This document shows positions 1 through 14,745 of a stretch of DNA of 64,000 bases, one piece after another. This DNA is from Gordius albopunctatus (taxonomy: Eukaryota). The stretch spans positions 14,694,001 through 14,758,000 of the forward strand of contig OZ193909.1 of the NCBI GenBank assembly GCA_964276515.1, in the 5' to 3' direction. Positions within the stretch are counted from its first letter, which is position 1. The number at the start of each line of letters is the position of its first letter. Position numbers and translations under genes: made by a program. The notes beneath the pieces were generated by a model, which had not been told where the DNA came from, made no database searches, and saw nothing but the letters and a program-made list of their open reading frames with translations.

Positions 1-277
1 ATTTTGCTTTATTATAAGTTTTGGTATACTTTACCAATTTGTCTAAGGAGATCGTTTTTACTGAGATCTTAAAAAAACGTTTTTTGCTACAATTTAACTA
101 CCTTTCCCCCTTTGACAAATAGCCAGAGCAGAGTTGATAAAGGTAATTAAATTGACGTTTTTAATTTGACTTTCGTACTACACTTGCTATAAATGTATCA
201 AGAGCGAAGTAGTTCAATCATAAAATCTACGAGGGGTGGGGGCAACATATTAAATAAGAGGCCTTTTTCTCGGAAAC

Positions 278-3200
278 CTTTTCGGATTCCTTGAAATCTT
301 TCATGAAATTTTGGTTGTCCAGGCTATATACACGTTCTGGGTAGCAGGTGAGGGTCTTGATGTAAGTCTTGAATTCTCGACCCAACAAGTGGTTAACTTC
401 GCTGTAATCGTAATCGTCGTGCCTTATGCCAAACATGCAATGGATGTAATTCCATATGGCTCGGCGGAAGATGCTAGTATCGATACCCTGAACCTTGCCC
501 ATCCTATGAGCCAAGTAGTAAATTTGAAAAAACACTCAAATAGACAAGTTGCATCAATGTTTTAACGTCTTAGTGTGGCAGATAAAATTCATTGGCGTTG
601 CCAAGCCCTGAATCCAAAAATGTGGTGAAATTTATTAAAATAACGGCTAAAATTTAAAAAAATGATAATTTTGCCCTCCCTAAATCATTATTGCCCGCCT
701 CTAATTCCAATGCTGGCTAAGCCCATGATAATATTGGTTAAAAAATTAAGGAGGGGGGTCCACACTTTTAAAGCGGGTTTTGTAGTTATTATAGTACACT
801 ATATTAATAAATTGAAACTATGGGGCAATAAAACAAAACTTTAAAATTAATTAGTATACTAGTGTAGCCAGTTAGCGAATCTAATTCTCCATAAGTTAAG
901 AAGAGGTTTATATTATATTTGCTTCCAAAGGAAATCAGAAATTGGCTTAATATCTCCTTTTACTAATTGAGTATCAAGTAAGGAAAAGAGCCGCACGCTT
1001 GAGAGTTCTCAGTAGTGCGACTAACAAAACTATGCCAAAGCCTTCAAGAACGATAAATCGTTCACGGTTATGTTGTTTTTATAAATTAATGATGGGGGGC
1101 TAACTAGCTTCAGTCATTACTGAAACGTCGGGTTATATACCGCAGCCGCTAATATAAATCGTTTTGCCATACACGGATCGACATTCAGAACTATAAAAAA
1201 AGTGTATCCTATTATTACGTGAGGTAAGTGAGGTTGTAAGCGGCCCTAAATTTATCGTCCAGGAGCGGACCCAGATCGGAACACAATCTGCTGACTAGAG
1301 AAAATCCGTGATGCTCCCAAGTGTAATCCTAAGGCACACAAAAGAATTAAATATGTGAAAATATAAAAATTAGCTAAAAGTGGCTTAAAAGCCAATAAAA
1401 TCTCGTTTACAAGACACGAGAAGGAGTCTTAGCGACAGATTTGATATGTATATACAGTGTATTAAGCATCAATAGACCAAAGATTTGTTGGTCAAACCTG
1501 GTCGAGTAAAACCAAGGGGTGGACCAAACAGAGCCCACCCGTTTTTACAACACTAGCAGAGACTAGATGATAGCTTGCTCATCAACTTTTAGCGCGCCGT
1601 TTTTGTGCCATTTTAAAGTGTGCACAGATGGGAGGAGGGCATATAGATTATATAATAATTTTAATTATTATTCAAAGCTTTAGAACAAAAGAAAAAAATA
1701 TTGAACTAGTTAAAAACGGCATTCCTAAAATATATATATCATTTACAAAATTCATAAAAATTAATAATTCTGTGATGATTTGATGTTGAAGTCGTTTGGT
1801 GCCATCTGCATTTTATTAAAAATGAGGATTCCATTTTAACAATGGGGTACACCGGAGATAGTTAAATCGAAAGAGTAAAAATAGTGGATGGATGAATGAG
1901 GAAGATACTTGTATTCTAAAGGTGGAAGCACGATTGGGTGAATCGCGTTTGGCAAAATCTTCGTACCCAAAGGCAGGATCTTCAATGAGGGGAGAGCTGG
2001 ACGGTTTTACGGAACCCTCGCTCTCCTCCAATGATCCCTGAGAATTTGACGAATGATTATCTTCTGTACGAAATATAATACACACACTTAACCATTTAAA
2101 TCGTGTTTTGTTCTATATTGCAAAGTAACATGACAATAGTTTTGACATGTTGCTCCTGATACAAAAAAACACGTTAATGTGCTTCTGAGAAAAAATTACG
2201 GAAAAGCCCGAGTGTCTTTGCCAAATGTGTTCGGCATATAGTAGAATTCGAGTGGCCGCATGCAAAACATGTTTTCATACAAAATGCATGAAATTTATAT
2301 GAATATATAATAAATATTGCGTATGTGTAATGTATTACGTTCAACGACGTTTTCATATCGTTGCAGCATTTCTTCGTGGGATGTGTCCAACTCGTGCTTC
2401 AACTGCTGATGCAATTTTTTCATTTTAACTACCAGCGCGTCGACTGTACCCTCTGGTTCGGACTGGTGAAAAAATGATGCAAAAATAAAACATGCTTTTC
2501 AAAAAGCAAATGGCAAATCAAACAAAATATTAAGGTTTCCATAATGATTATTGAAAAGCAAAGTTGGACAGGAGGGACGAACAACCAAAAACGAGCCCAT
2601 AGATTGCATAGCAATTAAAAATCATGGCCCATATTTTATAGTTTAAATATAAAACATACTTTCGCTTCGATTTAAAATTTTAACCCAAAATCTCACGAGT
2701 AAATCAAGGTTAAAATTCTTATAAATCCAAGGGCCAGGACTCCCAATTACAAAATTCCAAACTTTTTACTAACCCTATCGGTTAAATAAAGTGTTTCCCC
2801 AATAATACCGAAATACATTTAATCATATATAATTACTTCCGTCACACCGGTTTCAGCCTGAGATTCGGGGTGAGAGGGTGGCTTAACATCATTAACAGGG
2901 AGGAGGTTTTCAGCCAAATTCGGTGATGGCTTGGGCGGGGGCGGCACTTCTTCTTTAAAGCCGTACAACCAGGCGCAACCGTAAACCAGGCTGGAGAGGG
3001 CGTGGAAATGCGTCATGATGGCCACGGCAAATATCAATTCGGACAGGGACCAGTTATGGGAGGAGCCTTTGGTTAATTTCTATCCAAAGAAGCAATAGTT
3101 CTAGATTACACCTCAACGCTACTTACGATCGTTTTGTGAATGATAACAAAGTTGAGATTAGTGTTGTAAAAAGGGATGGGTTTTGGATTTTGTGCACATT

Positions 3201-6200
3201 AACGCTCGCTTCTGGTCTCCTTTTCAAATTTAGACTACTGAGCCTAGTCGTCGATCAAGATATTCGACAGCAAAAAATGTTTAGCCAGCTGTGTTTAGTC
3301 GACTAAAGAGAACAACCCACCCCTTTTTACAACGATATTTGAGATTTGCCCCAAGAGTGTTATCGCAATGGGCATTTTCTCACCTTAACTGCTAAATAAA
3401 AGGCAATATTATTATAACGCGCAAAAGAATAAACGGTGAAACGAATCCGTTCGCATTGATATCACTACTGTCACTAGTCATGAGGGTTCAACTGTAAAAG
3501 AAAAACAAAGATCTACTTTAGTAATTTATGCTTAGTTTTTATTCCATAAGGCTCAATAGTTAAAACAACATTTTAATAGAAATACTTAAAAATGACACAA
3601 GGTGAATCCTATAGCTCTTGATTTACAAGTGGGTAAAACTGTGAACACAAATAAACTGATTAAAAATGATCGATAAAGGATTGAAATAGGAAATATTTAT
3701 TCAAGCGATAGATGACAAAACCCAGCTATTACTTCGATGTGAGATTTATTGATGAGCCAGGGTTGGTGAGCTAAGACCTTGTTGATGTCTTGTAGATCCC
3801 TCAGTTTTGGGGCAACATTATCCAATCGTTCCAAGTACAAAGCGTCTCCGCCTTGAACCAAAAATTCGCGCTTTTGATACTCGATCAAACACTTGCAATG
3901 AAACCGGGATGCTGCCTGAAAAATGATTCACGCAAAATAACGACATAAATGAAAGCTTAAGGCTTTCTTAAACACAGAGTAAATACATAGGCGTGGCGAG
4001 CATTGGAATCAGAGGGGGCAATAATGATTTGGGGAGGGCAAAATGAACATTTTTTGAAATTTTAGCCCCATAATTTTTCAACAAATTTTTGGATTTAAAG
4101 GGGAGCGACCACCCCTCCCTGCCCCCCTTGGTTACGCCCATGAATAAATAGTTTCTTTGTTTCATAAAATTCTAGATAAATCTTAATACCGAATACAACA
4201 ATAGTAATAATAAAAGTAGGTATAGGCCTCGCGACTTTATTAGAACGACAAATATCATAAATTGAATTTTATTTCGGAACTAGAGCACTATTTGTCGGTC
4301 TAATTAAGCGTCTTACAATCATGGCGACGTAGCAACGGTCGGACAGCTTGAGGGGCCCGTTGCCTTGGAGCATGAAGATGTGAGCGCGATAGAAGGTATC
4401 AAAGTATTTGGGGTGCAAGTTGAGCAAGTAAGTCACTTTGTCCAACACATCTCCCCCCGCACCACCACCACCTACGACGACGACGACACATATGGTGGTG
4501 GTAAAACGACGACGACGAATTAATATGATCAAAAAATTAACTAATACTTTATAATCTCGTTAAAATTTTTACCTTTGTTAATGGGCGACTTTGTAAATTT
4601 AAAATAATGGATTCAGTTTGGGGTGCGAAAAAATGAGTGAAAATTCCTGTAATTAGGCAAAATTTAATGAACTAAGGGACAAGTGTGTAGGACAGTGCAT
4701 GAGGCAATGAAATTCTAAGTCGAGAGAGAGACTACACAAAACGTAATTCTCAAGATGATCACTTAACATGGTTATTATTAAGAAGAGGATAAAAAGGCCT
4801 TTAAGGAGTGCCGCAATTAACTTAAAAGTATACTCTAATTAGCGCCATCTATAGGCAATTTTAATTAGAGACAAGTTTGACGACTATATATCCCGATCTT
4901 TTTTAGCGGCTAGCAAAATAACTATGGCATACTGATGAGCTCTAATAAGAGCGAAAACGTTATATGTCTTTCTTCATATAGGGCTCGATTAGTCTCCAAT
5001 TAAAATTGCCCATAAGACGGCGCTAATTAGAGTATACTTTTTAGTTAATTGCGGCACTCCTTAAAGAGGTTATTAAATTATCTCCCCAAAAGTATATTAA
5101 CAAACCCGCAATTTATTAATTATGTTTCGAATAAGGTGATTATTATTATATTGTTACCGTCGCCTTTGGAATTCGTTTCGGTGGGATTGAGTTCGGCTTG
5201 ATTCGCGTGTGCGCCCTTCTTGCCTCGACCGGGATGTTTTAGCCTGTGTTCGGGTGGGCCCGGCAACAAGCCTGCTGGGGGAACGAGATTTTCCTTGCCC
5301 AACGCTGCCACGGGTAGCACGAGGTCGGGAAAAGGGGCGTCGCCTTGGATTGGTGGGGGTGAAGGGGCAGAACTCATTATCAGTATGTTTCCATCCGTTT
5401 CGTAGAGCGCCTCGTTTCCCCTGCACAAACGGACGGGCGATCAGTATTACTATGTTTGTACATGCATATGCCTTTATAATAGATGCGATGTTTGTGAACT
5501 TGGCGCCCAGGGTAACCCCCCCCCCCCCCAACTCGTATCACCACAAATATTTTGGGTTGAGTTCGGGTCGAAATCAAAATGACGTTGCAGAGCTCACCCA
5601 CGCAATATCTCATTCTCATAATTTGGATCTTTAATTTTGGTAATGCTGCTGCTGTCTTGAACACTTCTCGATCTAACTTCTAATTTACTGGCGTATTCAA
5701 AGAGTAGAGATCGGGGTAAAATCCAATTCAATCAAGGTCAATTTTGGTTGAAATTTTAAATTATTTTTTTTTGTGGCCTGTCGCCTGTACTAGTGTTGTA
5801 AAAGGGGTAGGGTTTTGTGTCGACTAAACATAAAACTAGTGTATCCCATGGACTCCACAACAACATCCTTTAGTCGGCTAGTTAACTTAGTGAGATTTCA
5901 GGGTACACCGAAGATCGCTACCTAATATGTATCTTCTTAAGACATCATCATACGCCAGCAACAACTAATTTATGCAACATGCTTAGGATTCTACACTTTT
6001 ATGCTCTTAATATGACACAAAACAAAATCAAATTTAAGAAATAATTTTTACGAGCTCCGAAATCGCATAAATTGCACATGGGCTTAGCTAGGAGGGGGTA
6101 TTAAAATTATGGCAAAAATTTCAAAAAAAAACAATCATTTTGCCCCTCCCCGCTGCGCAGCAAAATCCGATATTAAGAAAAGCCCTAAGAAATCTAAAAC

Positions 6201-8063
6201 ACATCCAATAATGCCATCCTAAATTTCATAAACGAAAGCTTGTATAAGCAACAATTCACTCACTTGTCTTCCCCGTCATAATCCGCTTCGACGCTTTGGG
6301 GCTGGACCGAGCGTTGAACCAAGCGCACGGCGGCAGCCTTGTCGTAGGGAGGGTGCGCCAATTGAGCGCTCGATCTACGGGGCGGAGTAGCCAGTAGCTG
6401 CTTATACTTGCGCGCTTCGGAAGAGGGTAGGAGGTGGTCCGACAGGGAGGAGGCAAATTTTTTCACTGAGCATCAAAGGGAATATTTTTATGGTTAAATA
6501 GTTCATGGGGATTAGGTTCGTTATCAAAAAAGCTATCTTAATTATTACGGGCGAATTAGTCAATTGGAAGCAGAGGTCAGATTTGTTAGGAATTTTATGC
6601 TCGAACCCGGCCCGGTCCAATTTTTTAACTTCATTGCCCGTCCGAAATATTAAATTTGCTTGATAGGCCAGAAATCTTGCGATCTCAAATTCTTTCAACC
6701 ACAATTAAAAAATAAGCATTAAATTCATGGCATATTTAATAAAACAAGTCCATGAAAATATTTATGTAGAAATCTTTGTAATTAAGTTTAAAGTTTACAT
6801 ATTTAATAAATAATATTACAATAAACGAAATTATACTCCCTTTTGAGTTAACCGGTTTGCCCTGCCCATAAATAAACTTCTTAATGAATAAAATTAGTTC
6901 AATTAGTCAATCTGTGCTCTGTTAAAACTTACCTTTTTGATAAAAAGACAATAATTTATCAATAGAATTTAAATGCAATTTATGGATAATTCTTTTAACC
7001 TAAAGCAAAAAAGAAAGGTATAGAAATTTTTTATCACGAAAATAAGTAGTAACTTAGCGAAAGCGACGAATGATAAGGGAATAATAAATGTTAATTGGAG
7101 AAACTTTGTGATGGCGAAATCAAGTTTCTTAACTTTTTTAGCATTTTAATATGCAATCAAATAAAACGTAACAAAATAATACACTATTTAAAAAATCTTA
7201 TTAAGCCCGAATTGCCCTAATCCTATTTTCGTGCCGGCCGCCCGAAAATCTCTGATTGGAAGGGTAAACGGGGAGATATTGTGAATAGCGACAGCGAATC
7301 AGTAGACTAAATTTGAAATGGGGGAATGGGGGCAAGAATCATGGGCGTAGCTAAGATTGGGGGGGGGGGGGGCAGAGAGGGGCGGCTTCCCCCTCTAAAT
7401 TAAAAAATTTGTGAGATTTATTGAAATTATGGCTAAAAGTACATCATTATTGCCCCCCCCCACCCCCCTTAAAAGAATATCAATAATGTATTAAAAGGGA
7501 GATTAATAATAATTTAACAAAACCAAGATTTTTGTATCTATGAAGGAAAGGGGGGGGGGCTGCTATTTTTATCTTTTTCTGGGTAAACCAACCAAAAGCA
7601 GCTATAATAGTAGGTTAACACCATGAATTAATCAAATTGAGTTGTAGAAGCCCTTGGGAGGCGGCCTCTCCAAAAATAAATATCATTAAAGCACACTCCT
7701 CCTCCCCCTCTCCACCCCCGTCTTTAACAACTAAAAGTTGAGGGGCCATTTAGCTGTGTCGCTCTTAAAGGGTACAGCAGCTATTATAGTACAAATAAAA
7801 TACACGACAAAAAATGGTATAAACTCTTTAAAAATATGTTTCGTTCGATTCTACCAAATTACGCGTCACGTAAAATTTAAGGGCAAACGATGCAATCCGT
7901 CGATTAAATAAAGCGTAAAAAACACAAGTAATAAATCACAAAAATAAATCATAAGATATGACAATTTTTACATAATCATCAAAAATAAAGTGTTATTATG
8001 TCATGGCAGAAAATAAACAAATATTGAAATACCTTCGATGCGAGAATCGAAATCCAGGGGCAT
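278..8063 (-). CDS. SESN: Sestrin (3'-partial; final exon lies left of the window)
   Basis: Phase-consistent GT-AG exons: 8033-8063 ([13 protein letters not shown]), 6264-6465, 5158-5420, 4317-4471, 3733-3915, 2837-3079, 2339-2462, 1909-2063, 1219-1328, 278-503. Sestrin motifs: LHPKY..GPL...[93 protein letters not shown]. The first three exons are supported by splice phase only. Confidence 0.93.
3159..3337. mobile_element. hAT-type MITE (TAGTGTTGTAAAA ends) in Sestrin intron
   Basis: TAGTGTTGTAAAAAGGG ... CCCTTTTTACAACGATA; flanks gttgagat/tttgagat (7/8, putative 8-bp TSD). Related ends near 1545, 5790 and 14690. Confidence 0.6.
3986..4142. mobile_element. hAT-type MITE of the CATGGGCGTAGCC family
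   Basis: CATAGGCGTGGC ... GTTACGCCCATG with flanks agtaaata/aataaata. The same terminal motif recurs near 7340, 9840, 14500, 19710 and 61335. Confidence 0.6.
4805..5060. mobile_element. MITE with long TIRs and TTAA flanks (Kolobok-like ends)
   Basis: TTAA|GGAGTGCCGCAATTAAC..AAAAGTATACTCTAATTAGCGCC ... GGCGCTAATTAGAGTATACTTTT..GTTAATTGCGGCACTCC|TTAA; imperfect inverted repeat of ~70 bp. Confidence 0.7.
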
Positions 8064-10245
8064 GATGGGTGCAGTAGGTAGGTAGGTGAGTTGGATTCAA
8101 AAGCGTTTTATATGATTACAAAATAGGGTCCTCTTGAAGGTAATTTTCAAGTTTTTTTCCGAATTGAATTTACAAATTGGTCACAAGGATGCAGCCAGGC
8201 TAGAATAATATAGTTTTCCAAAGGGTGCTTTGTTTTGTAGAGCTCGAAGGAGTTGAATAACGTCTTTTCGGTTAATAAATAGAATGGAGGGAGATGGGGG
8301 GGGGTTGTGTGTGTGTTATGATGAAGGGCGAACGCTTTTGTCTGGTTGTTTTTACGAAGTTCTTCTGTCTGGCGCGTGTGGCTAAAAAAAAGACATAAAT
8401 TCAATGGGCAAATTAATGGTTTTTTAGTGAGTGGGGGTAGGAGGAGGCAAACAAAGCGAAATCGAAACGATATTAGCCTAAAAAAGTTTAATGGGCGCAA
8501 CTAGGGGTTGGCAGGGAGGGGCGGCTGCCCCCCTCTTAATCCACAAAATCCTAAAAAAAATTATCAAATCGCTACCTGAGAATTGGAGTGCTCTATCTGC
8601 AATTTTTGAAAATTTTAATTAAAGGTGCTATTCGATAGATTTTTATATATTTTATGATAAACTTTTTATAAAATTTGGAAAACAAATTTTTTGGCTTCGC
8701 TATTAAGGTTCTTATTTCGCTTAAATCGCGAATATCCATATTTTTTAGAATTGGTTTGCTCTAACTGCAATTACCCAATCGCAAGCGCTCATTTAATCAC
8801 GTGAATAAATCATCTGCTTTTAAATTTTAATTCGAATAATATCTCTACAATTACTTATCACATTGTTGTATGTCAAACATTGATAAATAAGAACTATTTC
8901 GGATGAAGATAAGTAAAATTAATATAAAAATATAGCCATAACTAATATATAAGTCTCAAGGTGACAAATCGAAAAATTGTAAATGATGGTTGAAATCAGA
9001 CTACAGGCAAAATTTGTATAAATGATTAATAATAATATTAATTTTAGTCTTTGTTCATTATTGCGCATGGTAAAAAATGATTGTTATGGCCAAATCAATT
9101 TTGCAAGAGATAGGAAAAAATTAAATTTCAAAAGAGAATAAAGATTATTTAAAATTGAGAGATAAAATTTTAAAGGAAATATTTGTTTAAAAATAGATAT
9201 AATTGATTATACTTCCACTTGATATTCTTTTATATGTATCATTTATTTTATAAATAATAAATTGATAGTATTTTTTATAAATAATATGATTGCTACAAAT
9301 TGTTCACATTAAATATTTTTAGCTATATAAAGGATATAAATCATTATGATTGTTTTAGAAATTTAATTATATACTCAAATATATTTAAAAAATTTCATAG
9401 TTTACCTTAATGTAACCCAAAATTACAATATTTTTTTTATAATATTGAATAAATTTGAGTAATTAAGGTAATATAGTAATTATAATATATAACTAGTTTA
9501 ATAATCTCATATTCAAGTTATAAGTCATAAATCTAATGTCAATAAAACCTTAAAACTTGCGGTTAAAATGCAGATAGAGCAAAGTAGCTAAATTAATCAA
9601 TTTTTTTAATAAATAAAAGGAAAAATCCACATTTTTGGCTAAAATAATATAGATGCTAATACTTTACGCTATCAAACTTAATTTTAAGTCATACGAATAA
9701 TAAGTGTAGATTTTATAGCATTTCAAACTTTCAACTCAATTATCTCAGTTGGGAGTTTTGTGCAGGCAGATAGGGCACTCCAATTCTCAGCTAGCGAAAT
9801 TATGGCTAAATATTTTGCCCCCTCTACAGTCCTGCTCCTGGCTACGCCCATGCAAGTGTTTGAAGTATAATCAAAATGAAGGGGAAGATTTGGGGGGGGG
9901 GGAGAACAAAAAGGGTAAAGCTTAAATTTTGTAGCCACAAATGGCGCTTCTTAAAACCCGTTCTTGCTGAAACGCATTCCATTCTTTGATATCGTAAATT
10001 TTATATATTAGTAAATATATTTTGTCTACAAAAATCTTAAGAAAACGAAATTCTTAACGTAAATCAAACAGGCTCATCATTTTACAAGTTGACGACAAAT
10101 ATTTAAAAGCTAAATATCAAATTTTGCCCTTTAAGAAGAACAAGAGGTTGAAAAATGTTGAAAACAACACTGAAGTTGCAGACGCGACGATATATAATAT
10201 TTTTTGGGATCCAATTTTACTCCTGAATAGTTTGTTTAACCTTAA

Positions 10246-10833
10246 CCCTCGAGAGCACTCCTGAAAATCCCGAACGCGAGAGCATTCGTGGGGTATATTT
10301 GACCCCATTTTTTTAACTTCTTATAACTTTTTAAGTATTTTTTCAACCTTTTAAATTTTAAACATGTGTTTATAAAGGTCTTAAGATTGATGGTATAAAT
10401 TTTGATATGAATCTAATCAACATTACAAAACTTATTAACGATTTTCTTGACCCCCATTTTTATTTTGACTATTTTAGAGTTTTACCTCTTGACATCATAT
10501 ACCTTAAAATTAATCAAAATAAACGTGATTTTTTATTAAAAGAATGTCCAAAATATATTAAAAACACAAATTGTAAAAGATATCATCAAACAAAAAAAAA
10601 TACATACATTTTTTCCAATAGAAAAAAACTTACGTGAGAGCATTCGTGGGGTACACAGGACCCCTGTGGCCAAAAAGATGCTATATTTTAAAAAGTAGTG
10701 GGCCAAAAGTTATGAAATTTTCCTAAAACTTAGTTCTTGGTAAAATATTAGGCTACTGAAAAGGCCAGATCAATTCGCTTTTAAATGCGTTTTATATTTA
10801 AGTTTATAACTATCGTGGGGTCCCTCTCGAGGG
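10246..10833. mobile_element. piggyBac-like non-autonomous element
   Basis: TTAA|CCCTCGAGAG ... CTCTCGAGGG|TTAA; internal repeated GAGAGCATTCGTGGGGTA motifs. Confidence 0.7.
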
Positions 10834-10892
10834 TTAACTTTAACTCTTATTATGCTACTTCAGCGTGTCTAATTAAAAGAATTTTCCCAATT

Positions 10893-11047
10893 CAGGGGCG
10901 TAGCCAGGATCGGAACTAGGCAATAATGCTTTGGGGAGGTGGAAAATGATGATTTTTTGAAAATTAAACCATAATAAATTAAATTTTTAGGAATTTCTGG
11001 ATTTAAAGAGGACAGCAGCCCCTCTCTGCCAGCCGGCTACGCCTATG
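10893..11047. mobile_element. hAT-type MITE (CAGGGGCGTAGCC family)
   Basis: CAGGGGCGTAGCC ... GGCTACGCCTATG flanked by tcccaatt/ccccaatt (8-bp TSD, 1 mismatch). Confidence 0.65.
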
Positions 11048-11885
11048 CCCCAATTTAAAATGGTAAAAATTAAGGAAGGGGTACACAGGAAATAAATCAT
11101 GACTTTTAATCTCGCGTGAAAGTCGATAATAGAGATCGTAAGCTTATATAGATGGCAGTGCCAATAATAATAAAGTATGATACCGATATAACGAGCCGTA
11201 GGAATGATAATAATAAAATCAATGATAATCCAGCCTAGAATATAAATCGAAAGGAGGGTCAAAGGTTTGCCGAATGGGCTAAGTATATTTAAACTCGTAA
11301 ATTTGGATAGCAGTGATTATATCGAAGCTAAAATTCAAGGGGAACCAACAACGGGGGAACAAAGGAAAATTATTGTGGGGGGAAAATGGGAAAATTATCG
11401 ACTCTAAAAATCGAATCGCGTTTGTATACTAGTTGAGACGAAGAGTGAGGCTGGATAAAGCACCTCATCATCATTATTATGCATCAAGTCAGTTTTCCAG
11501 CCAGATGTCGGTGGGTGGAGGAAAGGTAGTAGGAGTGTACACACGGTGTCAGAGAGGAGATAAAACTGAAACAAAAATGAAAGATAGCACCCTCTTGCTA
11601 GTAGAATTCCTGTTGGCCTCCTCCTACCCTACCCTATCTCTACAGACAGACTACAGAGGGAGAGATAGGGAGCAAAGCTATCTATCTATAAGGTTTCAAA
11701 GCCAGCCACGTTACTTCATGAAATAAAGGAGAAGATTTCCTCGGGGACGAGACTAGGGGAAAATTAATTGACGAAATTTGAGCTTTGTCCGCATTATTAT
11801 TTACACGACGTGTACCGCGCTAATCTTATCCATTTGGGCGTTGTAAAAAGGGCCAAGTTTTGTTTTGTCGACCTTTGGCGTTTTA

Positions 11886-12336
11886 CCCCGCGTTCGTGAT
11901 GACGCGCAAAAGCGAAAAAAAGCGAAGTGAATTTTTGGGCTAATTTATCAAACTTTTAATTTTTTTATTAATATCTTTATATTCACCATGAAATTTAGCA
12001 TATATCAATGGTATTCATTGATAAGATAGTAATTATTCTATAAAAATATAGAATTATATAAAAAATACATACATAGCAAATTCAATGTTTTAACCATTGC
12101 GCGAAAAGTAGAAAATGATTTGTATCATATTTTCGTTCGCTTTTTGCCGCGGGTGAAAACAATCGTCTGCGGTTTCACTATAAACACCTCATATTTACAA
12201 TTGTTATTTTCGTGATATATATGATAAAATTCACGATGAATACAAAGATATTAAGAAAAATAATGAAAAGTTTGATGAATTGGCACAAAAATTCACTTCG
12301 CTTTTTTTCGCTTCGCGCGTCATCACGAACGCGGGG
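11886..12336. mobile_element. Palindromic MITE with long TIRs
   Basis: CCCCGCGTTCGTGATGACGCGC..AGCGAAAAAAAGCGAAGTGAATTTTTG ... reverse complement at ~12285-12336; inverted similarity extends ~120 bp. A partial copy lies at ~52080-52210. Confidence 0.7.
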
Positions 12337-14082
12337 TTAGTCTACTAAATATAGAGAGACGCCCAGAGGTTCTTTAGCCTCTTTTCCTTAGTTGACGAGT
12401 AGGCTAGTCGAAATGTGAAGAATAGGCCAGCAGAGTAGACCGTTGGTGTTTATTTTTGTTAGCGAATCGTAGAGTTAATTGAAATGAGTCCTTCACTACT
12501 TCAATAACTTAATTTAAAATATGGGAAAATTAAAAGGCGAGAGAAGTGATCTTTTTACTATTAAGGAAAAATAAATTTGATTCAAACTTTATGTGAGAGT
12601 ATCGCATAGTAAATGAAATGACTAAGAGAAGAGTTCGAGTCTTAAGTCATTACTAGGAATGTCGACCAAAAAACGCAAATATTCCTCTCGCTTTTAATCA
12701 TATTTTTTTGCAAAATAAAAAGGTTTACTTGAAATACCTTGGGCCAATAACGAGCTGGAATGGAAAATATTATAGCTCAGATAAGATGACAGTAGATGAT
12801 AACACGAGTATCAAAAGCATTTGTAGTAAAACGTTAAAAATAGACTTTTTATAATCAAAACCTTAAAGGCCTAATAAATTATATATTGGCAAGAGACTTA
12901 CTACAACTAACTGGTCTATTCTAACTAACCCTATTTAGACTCAATAAATCTTAGAATAATAATAAAATTCAGACGCAATGTTACGACTTACGAAAGTGAC
13001 CGAAATTGTCGACATTTAAAAGGAAATTAAGCTAGGCTAGACAAAACTAAGGTAAAAAAACACACATTCAAGCTGGAAAGTTACTAAAGTAAATCATACA
13101 TCTTTAAGTTTTAAAGCCCGGCCGGGGAACTGTCATATTTAGAGTTTCAGGCGGGCCCGGGTGGGCACCATGAAAAGATTCGGCCATAATGATATTTTTA
13201 TTTGGTGTATTATTTTGGTTTCATGTTTTATTTTGGAACTTTTTTAATTGTATAATATGATGTATTAATCCTAGTTCCTTTCCAAAAAATTAGAATTAAA
13301 TTACAAATTTTTGGAAAATATGACAAAATTACTAAAAAATTTAAAAAGTCCTCATTTCGGGCCGGACAGCTTTAATAATCCAGCATGGCGGAGCAGACAC
13401 TTAATAGGGTTCTGGCAAAATTTAAACAGATCAGACCTCTGGTCGCTAATTTTATACTAGAGATGGCTCGAGAAAATTTTATAAGTCTAAAAAGAAGTTA
13501 TAAAGGCCATTCACTAAAAAATACTATTAGCCATCGCCCAAATTGAAATTAATTGCCTAAAAATCAATAACTTACCGACGGTAAAGGTTTGAAAGAGCGA
13601 TAATTGGATTTTGCTTCGGTATAAATATTTAATGGTTTGGGAAAAATAGGCAATAACTAGATAACACCGTGGCGTGCCGGGTTCTGAAAAAATAACTTTT
13701 AGCGTTGGTATTGATTGAGAGTTATAATTTTTAAAGCATTCCTAAGAGCAAAGACATGCAAACAGCAAAATTATAATTTTAAATGTTTTCCCTTTTTAAA
13801 TATTACTATGTAGAATGTAATATATTATAAAAAATAATTGATTTTGGTGGCATCTTACAATTTAACCGAAGACACCGAGAATATGAACCAGGGGTGTGTA
13901 TTCCAATGGGAATGGGGGGTAAAATATACCGCATGCCTCCCGCCCCCTTTATGAAATTTCGCATGCATAAAAGGCAAAAATCAAAATATCTCCTTAAATA
14001 CTAAAAATACCTCCCCGTACCCAATTAAGAAAACGTAATTTGGTGTCGTTGGAATCAACTAGTGTCGAATAGTTGCAGCTTA

Positions 14083-14365
14083 CGGAAATTTCCGAATCTG
14101 GTGCAAAATCTAATATGTGCAAAATCTAATAATGTAATATTCGTATTTTAGAAATTGAGACCGGTTTTCACGCATATTCATACGCATGTAATATGTACTA
14201 AAAAACTACGTAATAAAAGGATACTATAATTTTTAATTGAAACAAAATAAGTTATATCAAAATGTATAATACTATTATATAAATAAATACATATTATCAA
14301 ATAAATCACTAAATCTAACCCTAACCCTTGCCTATATTAGATTTTGCACAGAAGTGAAATTTCCG
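14083..14365. mobile_element. MITE (CGGAAATTTC...TGCAAAATCTAAT inverted ends); duplicate at 31406-31688
   Basis: CGGAAATTTCCGAATCTGGTGCAAAATCTAATAT ... ATATTAGATTTTGCACAGAAGTGAAATTTCCG. Confidence 0.55.
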
Positions 14366-14745
14366 CTCAATATTGACGTCAATGCAGTAATTATGGGGTT
14401 AAGCCGTTAGAAATTATAGATTCCAATTATTGAGTAGCGAGATAGATTGACATTTTGTTCTTCTTGTGCCACCCCCCCCCCCGCCTAGTTCGAATCCTGG
14501 CTACGCCCATGTTTGCCTTAAATCAATATCGTCCAATGCGTAACTAAGGCGAACGAAGTTCTCTAACCATCAGAATATATAATAATCTAATTAATCCTTT
14601 GGTATGTTTATGTTTAGTTGACCACGAAGCTTGGTCGAATTAAAAAAAAATGACCAGATTCGAGCGTTAGTCTTAGTTTACCCAGCCATTTTTACAACAC
14701 CACACACTAGTAGGAAGAAGAATCAACGTATACGGAGGAAATTAA

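Noticed and set aside
5154..5664. Several overlapping 60-140 aa ORFs
   Set aside because: Shadow frames of a GC-rich Sestrin exon (5158-5420).
8000..12000. FOXO/p53 sites upstream of Sestrin
   Set aside because: Short AT-rich matches are expected by chance and there is no conservation evidence here.
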